A stretch of DNA of 64,000 nucleotides. It comes from an uncultured Chloroflexia bacterium. GTDB lineage: Bacteria > Chloroflexota > Ktedonobacteria > Ktedonobacterales > Ktedonobacteraceae. The notes below the pieces were generated by a model, which was not told where the DNA came from, ran no database searches, and was given only the letters and a program-made list of their open reading frames with translations. Below are positions 8,814 to 17,741 of the stretch, piece by piece (the first letter of the stretch is position 1; each line of letters opens with the position of its first letter). The position numbers and the translations under genes are program-made. The stretch lies in NCBI GenBank assembly GCA_963735495.1, contig CAVTLG010000003.1, positions 32,080-96,079 of the forward strand, written 5' to 3'.

Positions 8814-9866
8814 TCAAGCATTTCCTAACAGAAATGCCACTGCAAAGACGAGAGCTCCACCACCAACCACCTGCACGATAGAAAGCCACCAACTGGTTCC
8901 GAAGAACTTATGGCGGATCGCAGCAATCACTACGAGCTCAACCGCAACGACAACATAAGCCGTCGTTAGCGCAAGGTGAATATTCGGCAGGAGGAAAGGT
9001 AATGCGTGTCCCAGTCCACTGAGAAATGTCATCAGACCCGTGACGCCTCCACGCAGAAATGGTTTGCCGCGCCCGGTGAGTTCGCCATCGTCGGAGAGCG
9101 CTTCAGAAAAGGCCATGCTAATGCCTGCGCCTAAAGCTGAAGCCAGGCCGATGATAAACGTTGTGAATGGGTTATGCGTTGCGAAAGCCACTGAAAATAT
9201 CGGAGCCAGCGTCGAAACAGAACCATCCATTAAACCCACTAAGCTCGGCTGGACTATTTGCAAAACAAAGTCCCGCGATGCGTCTTCCGCAGGAGCCTCT
9301 TCTGGCTGACTGCGCGTTGCAGCCGGGTTGTTAGGTCCTACTAACATTCCGGCATTGGGAGTAACGGGCATATTCCACGCGGGGTGAAGTGCCGGTTGCG
9401 CCTGCATTGCTTGCGCCTGCATGAGTTGCGCTTGCATCGCTTGCGTTTGCGTCAGTTGCGCCTGGATCGCTTGCAGTTGAGCCTCTATCCCTTGCCCCTG
9501 CATTGGCAAAGGCTGGGACTGTACCGTTCGTGCTTGCATTGGCAAAGGCTGGGACTGCGCAAGAGGGCTTTGCCCTACGTTGATGCTGTACCATTGCTGA
9601 TTAGCGCCCGCGAAGCTGACTCTCATGACAGGTGCGCCATCCGCTCCAAGCGCAGGCTGTGCGCCTTGCGGAAAATTCATGCCATTGGGTGGAGTCTCCT
9701 GCGGTTGCCCATTCACTACAGGTATGCGCCCTCCCGTAACAACTGGCGGCGTAATTTGCCATCCTCTCATGGGGGAAGCGGCCTGCCAATCATCCCCAGC
9801 TAGCGGTGGTGCATATGGGCTGACCGGTCCATCATCCCCGAAGGCTGTCGGTGCATAGTTTGTCAT
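8814..9866 (-). CDS. VIT1/CCC1-family iron/manganese transporter domain with a long low-complexity Q/A/M/P-rich N-terminal extension
   Basis: The C-terminal 170 aa (LVGLMDGSVSTLAPIF...GAGISMAFSEALSDDGE...TM helices) match the VIT1 pattern. The N-terminus contains QAMQAQLMQAQAMQAQ and a duplicated SQPLPMQ. A GAAGGAAAA lies upstream of the ATG. Confidence 0.75.
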   Translation of the reverse strand: MTNYAPTAFGDDGPVSPYAPPLAGDDWQAASPMRGWQITPPVVTGGRIPVVNGQPQETPPNGMNFPQGAQPALGADGAPVMRVSFAGANQQWYSINVGQSPLAQSQPLPMQARTVQSQPLPMQGQGIEAQLQAIQAQLTQTQAMQAQLMQAQAMQAQPALHPAWNMPVTPNAGMLVGPNNPAATRSQPEEAPAEDASRDFVLQIVQPSLVGLMDGSVSTLAPIFSVAFATHNPFTTFIIGLASALGAGISMAFSEALSDDGELTGRGKPFLRGGVTGLMTFLSGLGHALPFLLPNIHLALTTAYVVVAVELVVIAAIRHKFFGTSWWLSIVQVVGGGALVFAVAFLLGNA

Positions 9867-10056
9867 TTCGCTGTTTTTCCTTCAGTCCTCTATATTACTT
9901 GTATGCAACTGTGGCTGTCATACATTTATCTATATGGATAGTCTAATTAAAGACTATATGATGCTGCAAAGTTTTTCCAAAGAATATGCCCATTCCCGTA
10001 CTTATGGATAGGAAATAGCGGGCATTTCCTCACGACAAAGATACAAAACGACCCTA

Positions 10057-10293
10057 TCATGACTCACCTGTGTATGAGGGATTCACGTAAGCGCTGTGAG
10101 CTGAAAGATGCTCGTCGTTTCTCTTGCCCTTGTGTTGAAAAGAAAAACCCACGCTACAACAACCGCCTCCAACTGCGGCGAAGATCATCGTCAAGAATAT
10201 AACTCCATGTAGGAGCGCGACGAGTGCCAATCCATAGAGACAGAGTGTAGCACCCATGCTCAATACGAGAATGAGCGACGAACGGCTTACCAT
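10057..10293 (-). CDS. Small two-TM membrane protein, hypothetical
   Basis: A GGAGGG lies 8 nt upstream of the ATG. There are two hydrophobic helices. Confidence 0.4.
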   Translation of the reverse strand: MVSRSSLILVLSMGATLCLYGLALVALLHGVIFLTMIFAAVGGGCCSVGFSFQHKGKRNDEHLSAHSAYVNPSYTGES

Positions 10294-11216
10294 TTTTTAA
10301 CCCTCCTGGACCATCTCTCGTTGCTCTTAACCAACAGAGACAGGTCGTACATCTCTCAAACCTGGTGAGCAAGCTTTTCTTGCTAAAAAGGGTTCCTGGG
10401 ATATCCTCGGCATTCACTGTCATCAACTACCGCTACTCCTCTGCGCCAATTTAGAGTAGTTAGGCATATCACAAAATAACCCACACACAAGGTCAACTAA
10501 AGGTTAACTCTAAAAATCAGTCTACAGGCTGTATCAGAAAGTTTCAAGTCATTGTCCTGTTTACCAGGACTTGTTGGTATCCAGCAGTGAAGATTCTAGA
10601 GATAACGGCCATGAGATCCATGCTATTCGCCAGCAGAAAAATACTCAAAAATAACAATTTCCATTTAAAAATGCATCAAGTATACTATTGCTACTCTTAA
10701 TGCATTCAGAATTGGAGTAGTCTGGCCATGTGCCAATTTTTCACAACTGTGAAGTATGGATCTTCCAACAATTTTTCTTATCTCTCAGAGAGTGTTTGGT
10801 TTCAGCTCACAACTGACGAAAAGTGTGCGCGTTCCAAACACTCTCTCAGGAAAGTAGACGATAGCAGTAGTGACAGACACATTTTCGCTATGTCGTGCTC
10901 AGTTACCTATCCTTTCAATGCCAGCAGCAAAGAGAGATGTGAGCTTGAGCCTGATGGTGACAGCCCACACAAACATTTCTCGTTTCGCGCAACTACTGGC
11001 CCCAATACCACTTATATCATTGCACGCACTTATGCAGCTCTATTTACAAACGCGTACTCTTGTCTGGCCATGGGTACCTTGTCTGGCCGCGAACGCATCC
11101 AGGCATACGTTTTTTGAGCAGGACGAAGACGTTCTCGGGCCCTATTTTCGCTCAATTATTGCGTCGTACCCGCACTGTGCCTGCGGGACAAGAGAGCATA
11201 GAGCCGGAGTGCAACG

Positions 11217-11561
11217 ATGAAAAAACGCGTCATCTGGCCGCTCTTGCTGCTCTGTTCCAGCCTGCTGACCGCGCTTGTGGTGTTCCTCGCGCCAACAATC
11301 AGCATCCGCCCGCTGGTGGTCATGTGGTTTCTGTTTATCTGCCCCGGCATGGCATGGGTGCGCTTACTGCGCCTGCATTCCAACCTGGCGGAGTGGACCA
11401 TTGCGCTGGCACTTAGCATTGCGCTTGATGCGCTCGTAGCAGGCATATTTCTCTATGCCAGAGCCTGGTCTCCTGCGTCCATTTTTCTAGTACTTTTGTT
11501 GCTTTGCAGCACAGGCGCTTTTCTGCAAATGATCGTAGATGCCTTTTTTATCAAACTATAA
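11217..11561 (+). CDS. Small polytopic membrane protein, hypothetical
   Basis: A GGAG lies upstream of the ATG. There are 3-4 hydrophobic segments. Confidence 0.45.
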   Translation: MKKRVIWPLLLLCSSLLTALVVFLAPTISIRPLVVMWFLFICPGMAWVRLLRLHSNLAEWTIALALSIALDALVAGIFLYARAWSPASIFLVLLLLCSTGAFLQMIVDAFFIKL

Positions 11562-11976
11562 AATTCACGGTTCGCTCATTTTTCGAACGGTTTTGAAGAA
11601 TTGTGCTCTCAAAGGTGACACTTTCTGCCATGAAACTGGAGCAGCACTTCACTTTGATAAAAATACATGACTTTGGCCTAACGTACTTTTGCCAAGTAGG
11701 GTAAAGATACCGTTTTTGCGGCAACGAAGCACCAGGAAAAACATGAGGACTTCTCCTCATAGCAACCTGAGAAAAGTTAGGGTAAAGATAGTATGGTGGC
11801 CCGGTCTTTCTACACGTCGCATTCTCGGCCTCTGAGGAACAATAGCATGGGGAGGTGCGATTGCCCGCGCCAATCTCGCACAAAGCGACGCGGGAAACTT
11901 GGGCATGTGGTACAATGGAGGAGTATACGAGCACCATTGGGTGTACGATGCTACTTTTCAGCATAAAGGATATTCT

Positions 11977-12231
11977 ATGGGATACCAACACTCTTTTCAT
12001 GTAGAAGACGTGACGTGCGAGCACTGTGATACGCGTGTTCGCAACGCGTTACTGGCTCTTCCAGGAGCACAGACTGTAGAGCTTACCCGGACTCCCCAGG
12101 ATGAGGCTACGGTTCTCTTCACGACAACCGAAATCCTTGCCCCTGAGCAGATCGAGACAGCCATTACTCAGCAATCAATTGGAACGACTCATCACTATCG
12201 CGTCCGATGGGATGCCTCCCCAACAGTTTGA
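11977..12231 (+). CDS. Heavy-metal-associated (HMA) domain metallochaperone-like protein
   Basis: FHVEDVTCEHCDTRVRNALLALPGAQTV contains the CxxC metal-binding loop. An AAAGGA lies upstream of the ATG at 11977. Confidence 0.7.
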   Translation: MGYQHSFHVEDVTCEHCDTRVRNALLALPGAQTVELTRTPQDEATVLFTTTEILAPEQIETAITQQSIGTTHHYRVRWDASPTV

Positions 12232-12361
12232 AGATAGATCCAGACACATTTTCCCGGTGTTTTCCTATGAAGCAAGAGAAGAAAGTGACAACTGGAGAAG
12301 TATTTGAGAAGGAAAACGACCCCTGTAAGCCAAAACAGGGAAATCCATCGAAATGCTTGAC

Positions 12362-12426
12362 CATCTCTCGTCTTCTGATCTATTATAGACCCACTGAGTC
12401 TATAATAGATCAGAAGACGAGAGATG
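12362..12426. repeat. Perfect 28-bp inverted repeat with a 9-nt spacer
   Basis: The arms at 12362-12389 and 12399-12426 (CATCTCTCGTCTTCTGATCTATTATAGA / TCTATAATAGATCAGAAGACGAGAGATG) are exact reverse complements. Confidence 0.9.
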
Positions 12427-12523
12427 AAGTATTGGGTTTTGTATGACACACATTTGGCACTATCGATAGCTGCAATATCCAACAATTCTGAGGTAAAATA
12501 GCAAATGGAGGAGAAAACGATGA

Positions 12524-13207
12524 ATGAATCAGCACAATGCACAATCTGGACATGACTGGAATATCTTTGCGCGCGAGCTAAATTCTGTCCTTCAGCAACA
12601 CGGACTGGATTTAGAGCACCTGGATGAGCACATAGGCGTGCATCAGCTAACGCAACGTCGCCTGATCCAGTCATTGGATACACCGGAGAGCCTCCCGGTC
12701 TTAAGCGACGAGGAAATGCAGCAACTCATTCAGGCATTGCAGCTTGCTGAATCAGAGATCTTACACCTGAGAGCGGCTATGCTCGCTACGGCCATACACA
12801 GAGAACTGCTCTTACATATTCAAGAGGATGACGCACAACTGGCAGCAGAGCAGACTTTCTCTATCATTTTCCAATCACTGCAAAAGCACGAGCGCAATCT
12901 GGGGAATAAGCGCAAAGGCGATTTCGGGGGCATCGAAGATCCTGGGCTTGACTACCTGCTGACGCCGGCATGGAACAGGATCGATAGCGGCTGGGAACTG
13001 CTGGATCAGAGCAAACATACAAACGGCCATTCTCACGCCAGTGTAGAGAAAGCCCATCAGGCTCGCGGCAATTTTCAAGTCGCCAGCGATCTTATCAAGA
13101 GGCTGCCCGCTGTTATACGTCAGAAGCCAGCCAGTAAGCACGCGTATAACGCAGCTCAAAAGGGCTTATCATCCGCCACAAAACGGCTGACAGAGCTGGG
13201 TGAGTAA
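12524..13207 (+). CDS. Hypothetical protein with a degenerate HTH-like N-terminus; first gene of the TIR-STAND module
   Basis: It is a 227-aa ORF. The N-terminus FARELNSVLQQHGLDLEHLDEHIGVHQLTQRRLIQSL resembles an XRE-type HTH. It stops 24 nt before the next gene. Confidence 0.55.
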   Translation: MNQHNAQSGHDWNIFARELNSVLQQHGLDLEHLDEHIGVHQLTQRRLIQSLDTPESLPVLSDEEMQQLIQALQLAESEILHLRAAMLATAIHRELLLHIQEDDAQLAAEQTFSIIFQSLQKHERNLGNKRKGDFGGIEDPGLDYLLTPAWNRIDSGWELLDQSKHTNGHSHASVEKAHQARGNFQVASDLIKRLPAVIRQKPASKHAYNAAQKGLSSATKRLTELGE

Positions 13208-13231
13208 CGGTAGCAAGGGGTTTCTACACCA

Positions 13232-16174
13232 TTGAAGGACATATCTATACCGACAAGCACTGGATCTGACAAACCTATCGCCATCTATTATTCCTGCGCG
13301 CATACAAAGGAAGACCAGGCGCTCCTGCAACAATTGAACACGAGTCTGGCGGTGTCGCGACGTAAGCAAGAGATTACCACCTGGCATGAAGGCCAGATCA
13401 GCAGCGGAGGCTCTATTGAGCAGGAGCGCCTGGTACAGTGGGAGCAGGCACAGATCATCTTACTCTTGCTCAGCCCAACCTACATTGCGGACGACCATTG
13501 CTACGCACAAATGCAGTTGGCACTACAGAGGCAGCAAACGGCTGGCACACGTGTCGTTCCTATACTGCTGCGTCCTACACCTGGCTGGGAGGCCATGCCT
13601 ATCGCGGACCTGCAAGCATTACCGCAGGGAAATCGTCCGATTACAAGTTGGAACCAGCGTGAAGAAGCTCTGGCAAACGTCGCTGAGGGGATACACAATG
13701 TCGCCTTACAGTTACGCGAGCAGCAACACCCACTCCTATTGAGCAATGGTGTCATGCGCGTAGAGCCACCTCCCCACCAGCATAGCACGATACTGCCACG
13801 GGAAACGCTGGTCAACGCGCTCTACGCGCAGTTAACCCACTCCGATGTCTCCTCTGTAGTGCTCTCAGGCTTAAAAGGTGTGGGCAAATCAACGCTGGCC
13901 GCCCAGGTCTATGACCTTGCAGAGCAGCGCCGCAGTGCAGGAGAAGGTCCATTTACCGGCGCGGCGCTCTGGCTCAAGATCGAAGCCACAGGCACGCTGA
14001 CAGACCTGCTACGCGTCATCGCTGCCGCATTGCGCCAGGACTACGACAGCATTAACCATCTCCCGCCGCCAGCCAAAGATTTTTCTACTCCTCAGCTCAA
14101 ACCAGATCTAGAAATTTTTTATCTGCTGAAAAACTCCCCGACACCACGGCTGATTGTACTCGATCAGTTCGAGACCTGGCTGGATACCCAGACGGAAACA
14201 CAGCCTGCCAGACAGACAGAGATTAACACGTGGCTCGACCTGCTTAACGACTACCCCTGTGCCAGCCGTATCCTGTTAACCGCTCATACCTATCCTCAGG
14301 GCACAGGCGTTGCTCGTCCACTGTACCGACAGGCATTTCCTCTTGCAGGCTTCCAACCATCCGAAGGCGTGGCATTACTGCGTCTATGGGGCATACCCGA
14401 TGCTGATCGAGAGCTGTTACGCGCAGTTCAACACTGCGAAGGACACGCGCTGGCCCTCGTCCTTTTAGATCAACTACGACGACAGCTCCAGGTGAGCCTG
14501 GCAACCTTACTCGATGATCCCGCCTACAAACAATTATGGCTCAAGGATGTGCAACACAATATATTGGACTACATCTATGAACACCTGTTAAGGGATGAGC
14601 AGCAGCGCCAGTTGCTGCTGGCGTTCTGCATCTACCGCGAGGCCGTGCCATGGTCAGCCGCCTACGCCATTACCCATGCCCAGTCACAGGTCACAGAAGC
14701 ACAAACGCTGCGAGCGTTGGGCGTCCTGCAAGACTACCAGCTCTTCCAGAGGCAAGATAGCGGCGAAAAACGCTATATATTACATCCACTGGTGGCGGAT
14801 TATGCTCACGGTCGCTTTGCTACCGAGGATAACCATAACGGCTCTCCGTCCATTGACGCCCCTACCCAGTCACCAGACGTTTCCTCCACAAGGATGGAGA
14901 TCCCCCATCGCCAGACGCTCGACAAACGCCTGGCTCACGTTGCGGCGGCGCGCTACTACCAGCAGCACTCTCCACAATCTGGTCAACGCCATCAACGCAT
15001 CGATGATGTACACACGCTCATCGAGGCGCTCTGGCATCTTTGTCAGGCAGAGCAATACCAGGAAGCCTACACGCTCATGCGCCAGGAGCATCTTTTCGCT
15101 GATCTCCATCGTTGGGGCAGCAACACTATTTTGCTCAGCTTCTATCACATGCTATTGCCGCTTGAGCGCTGGAATACACAAATGGAGCAAGCTGCGCATA
15201 TCTCCTACGAGATCGGCGAAGTCTACAACGCACTGGGACAATTGCATGCCGCGCGCACTTCTTTTGCCAACGCTCTGGCCTTGTACCGTAACTGTGATCT
15301 CTGGGAGGGAGAAATCAAGGCTCTGAACAGCCTGATGCAGTATCCTCAGACGGATCAATGGCATGGAGAAAGTCAGATGCCGCCTCCCGCGCCTCCCAAC
15401 GGAGGATATGCTACGCGAATGATGCCGAAGAGGTCAAGTGGTTTTGCACCAGGGCCAATTTTCCTGGAGGACGGAGCAATAGAGCAAGCACAGATGTACT
15501 GCTTACAGGCACAACGCCTCGCTGAAAAGCACCCAGGCCACGTTGAGCAGGGCGTCACATTCAATAACCTGGGACAATTGCAGAAAAGGCTGGCACAGAC
15601 AGCACACACAGTCAACGCGAGAAACGCATGTTACCGGCAGGCCCTTACCGACTATAAGCAAGCTCTGGCTATCTACAAAGCATTGGACGATGTGTCAGAG
15701 ATTGCGCGCACGCTGAACAACATGGGTGAAGTCTATGATCAGCTCGATCAATCGAAGCAAGCACTCAACAATTACCGGCGAGCGCTTGGGCATTTTCGCG
15801 AGACTGGCGAGAGACGCGGCGAGGGCATTGTTTGTAATAATCTCGCGTATTATTATAAGCAGCGCCAGGAGAGACAAAACAGCGTTGAATATTATATCCG
15901 TGCGTTACACATCTTCCGTGAAATCGGAGATCGCCGGCACGAAGGGATTGTGCTCAAAAACCTTGGACATCTCTATGTATCAGTGCAGCGCAACGAGGTC
16001 GCGCTGGCCTGTTTTTTGTTAGCCAGAGATAATTTTACGCTCTTAGACGATCCTGAGCGTGGAGCGATAGACGTAGAATTACAAACGCGTCTAGCCGCCG
16101 AGCGGGTATTTGAAAGCATGGTAGCAGAGATATACCCACGTGCAGAGCAGATCATAGAGGGGGAATTCGGGTAA
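13232..16174 (+). CDS. TIR - STAND (NB-ARC-like P-loop NTPase) - TPR protein
   Basis: The TIR-like N-terminus is IAIYYSCAHTKED...IILLLLSPTYIADDHCYAQMQLAL...VVPILLRP. Walker A is GLKGVGKSTLA. C-terminal TPR-like units are FNNLGQL, LNNMGEVY, CNNLAYYY and LKNLGHLY. It starts at TTG 13232. The stop lies inside MITE copy B. Confidence 0.85.
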   Translation: MKDISIPTSTGSDKPIAIYYSCAHTKEDQALLQQLNTSLAVSRRKQEITTWHEGQISSGGSIEQERLVQWEQAQIILLLLSPTYIADDHCYAQMQLALQRQQTAGTRVVPILLRPTPGWEAMPIADLQALPQGNRPITSWNQREEALANVAEGIHNVALQLREQQHPLLLSNGVMRVEPPPHQHSTILPRETLVNALYAQLTHSDVSSVVLSGLKGVGKSTLAAQVYDLAEQRRSAGEGPFTGAALWLKIEATGTLTDLLRVIAAALRQDYDSINHLPPPAKDFSTPQLKPDLEIFYLLKNSPTPRLIVLDQFETWLDTQTETQPARQTEINTWLDLLNDYPCASRILLTAHTYPQGTGVARPLYRQAFPLAGFQPSEGVALLRLWGIPDADRELLRAVQHCEGHALALVLLDQLRRQLQVSLATLLDDPAYKQLWLKDVQHNILDYIYEHLLRDEQQRQLLLAFCIYREAVPWSAAYAITHAQSQVTEAQTLRALGVLQDYQLFQRQDSGEKRYILHPLVADYAHGRFATEDNHNGSPSIDAPTQSPDVSSTRMEIPHRQTLDKRLAHVAAARYYQQHSPQSGQRHQRIDDVHTLIEALWHLCQAEQYQEAYTLMRQEHLFADLHRWGSNTILLSFYHMLLPLERWNTQMEQAAHISYEIGEVYNALGQLHAARTSFANALALYRNCDLWEGEIKALNSLMQYPQTDQWHGESQMPPPAPPNGGYATRMMPKRSSGFAPGPIFLEDGAIEQAQMYCLQAQRLAEKHPGHVEQGVTFNNLGQLQKRLAQTAHTVNARNACYRQALTDYKQALAIYKALDDVSEIARTLNNMGEVYDQLDQSKQALNNYRRALGHFRETGERRGEGIVCNNLAYYYKQRQERQNSVEYYIRALHIFREIGDRRHEGIVLKNLGHLYVSVQRNEVALACFLLARDNFTLLDDPERGAIDVELQTRLAAERVFESMVAEIYPRAEQIIEGEFG

Positions 16175-16262
16175 GGGCGTCACCTCGCGTGCGCCCAGGG
16201 ACGGTCGACAGGACATGCCCCTACCCGAATTCCCAACGTTTCCCTCAGAAGGATGAAGATCC
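16150..16262. repeat. MITE/REP-like element, copy B (left end degenerate)
   Basis: The core is GGGTAAGGGCGTCACCTCGCGTGCGCCCAGGG...GGACATGCCCCTACCC and the right end is AAGGATGAAGATCC. It contains the palindrome GGGAATTCGGGTA.../...TACCCGAATTCCC. Confidence 0.7.
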
Positions 16263-16347
16263 TATATAATTAATATATCAATATATATAAATCAATGGTT
16301 CGTAGTGCATGCCACTTTATCGCAAGACAAGGAGTATAGCAGTCAAC

Positions 16348-17475
16348 ATGGCAAAGATCCTTTTTCTTTCAGCCAACACGCCCATGGGCGACGGATATCT
16401 CAAGACAGACAAAGAATACCGCACGATAGACGAGAAGCTACGCGCAGCCACCTATAGAGATCGCCTGGAATTAGTGTCCGCGTGGGCAGTACGTCCGCTA
16501 GATCTGCTTGACCAGTTGAACCTCCACCATCCCGACATCGTGCATTTTAGTGGACATGGCAATGCTAAAGGCGATCTTATGCTGGTAGGAGCCGACGAAC
16601 TGGCTCGCCCTATTTCTCTGCAAGATCTTAAAACGGTTTTTCAGGCGGTCGAGAGCAATACGCGACTGGTGATTTTGAATACCTGCTATTCCAGGCAGCA
16701 GGCGGAGGAGTTGACGAAGGTGATTGACTGCGTTATTGCGATGAAAGACAGTATTTATGACGACGCGGCCATCGCCTTTACAGGAGCTTTCTACCAGGCT
16801 CTGGGCTATGGACGCTCTATACAAAATGCATTTGCTCAAGGGCTAGCTGCACTCCCAATTGAAGGCATTGAGGGCGCAGATATTCCTGAATTGATCGTAC
16901 GTTCAGGGGTGAATGCAACCAAAATCGTGCTGACAGACCTGGTACAACCATCAGTACATCCAGGGGTGAAGGGAGCAAAAATCGTGCCAACAGACCCGGC
17001 GCAACAACAAGCACAAACGATACCCACGCTTTTTTATGTACACGCACCAGAAGATATAGACTTCTGTGTAGAGCTGGACAAGCAATTCTCCGTTATGAAG
17101 AGAAATGGACTTTTAAGGAGTTTTTATGAGCACGATCTCTTAGGTGGAGATGATATACAAAAAATAGTACAAAAAGAGCTACAAGCAGCAAAAATCATCC
17201 TACTCATTGTCACGCCTAATCTTCTGAGATCACAAGAGATCGATGAGCAACAACTCACACTGGCGTGGAAACTCTATCAAAGTGGAACCCGCGTTATCCC
17301 CATTAAGGTGAGACCTACGATGGACTGGGATCTGACTCCATTTAAAGGTCTCAGTGCATTACCTCGCGACGGGAAACCTGTGTATGCCCCCAAGAAGCGA
17401 GAGGAGGAATTCTATAACATAGCCATGGAGATCCGCCATGTTCTCGATGACGAGCTAAAAAAGCAAAACAATTGA
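16348..17475 (+). CDS. CHAT/caspase-like protease domain fused to a C-terminal TIR domain
   Basis: The His-Cys dyad contexts are DIVHFSGHG and RLVILNTCYS. The C-terminal TIR-like domain is LFYVHAPEDIDF...AKIILLIVTPNLLRSQEIDEQQL...RVIPIKVRP. ATG at 16348 lies downstream of an AAGGAG. Confidence 0.8.
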   Translation: MAKILFLSANTPMGDGYLKTDKEYRTIDEKLRAATYRDRLELVSAWAVRPLDLLDQLNLHHPDIVHFSGHGNAKGDLMLVGADELARPISLQDLKTVFQAVESNTRLVILNTCYSRQQAEELTKVIDCVIAMKDSIYDDAAIAFTGAFYQALGYGRSIQNAFAQGLAALPIEGIEGADIPELIVRSGVNATKIVLTDLVQPSVHPGVKGAKIVPTDPAQQQAQTIPTLFYVHAPEDIDFCVELDKQFSVMKRNGLLRSFYEHDLLGGDDIQKIVQKELQAAKIILLIVTPNLLRSQEIDEQQLTLAWKLYQSGTRVIPIKVRPTMDWDLTPFKGLSALPRDGKPVYAPKKREEEFYNIAMEIRHVLDDELKKQNN

Positions 17476-17616
17476 CCTGATTATTTTGTCATCAGATCGA
17501 TATTCATGTATGTATCTATCAAGCTAGAAATCGGGCTACAACACTTTATAGGTAAAAAATAGCATACGGACTCATGCCCATGGCGCAACGAAGTGTTTTG
17601 CGACCTTAAACCGCTC

Positions 17617-17655
17617 CCCGAGGAGGGCAAGCCCGGTTGACTCACCCTCCTCGGG
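17617..17655. terminator. GC-rich hairpin between convergent genes
   Basis: An 11-bp stem CCCGAGGAGGG/CCCTCCTCGGG has a 17-nt loop. It lies between the 3' ends of the 16348..17475 (+) and 17742..18122 (-) genes. Confidence 0.4.
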
Positions 17656-17741
17656 CAAAAGGGATAGGGCAATTGCCAATATTGCCGCAGGCATTGAAAG
17701 AGCAATAAAAGATCTCATAGGATGCACATGATGCAAGCTGA

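Noticed and set aside
10400-11220. Overlapping ORFs 10728..11117, 10870..11220, 11060..11416 and 10154..10426 in an AT-rich stretch
   Set aside because: They overlap each other in different frames and lack ribosome-binding sites. Their products have no motifs or plausible composition. I left the region unannotated rather than call genes.
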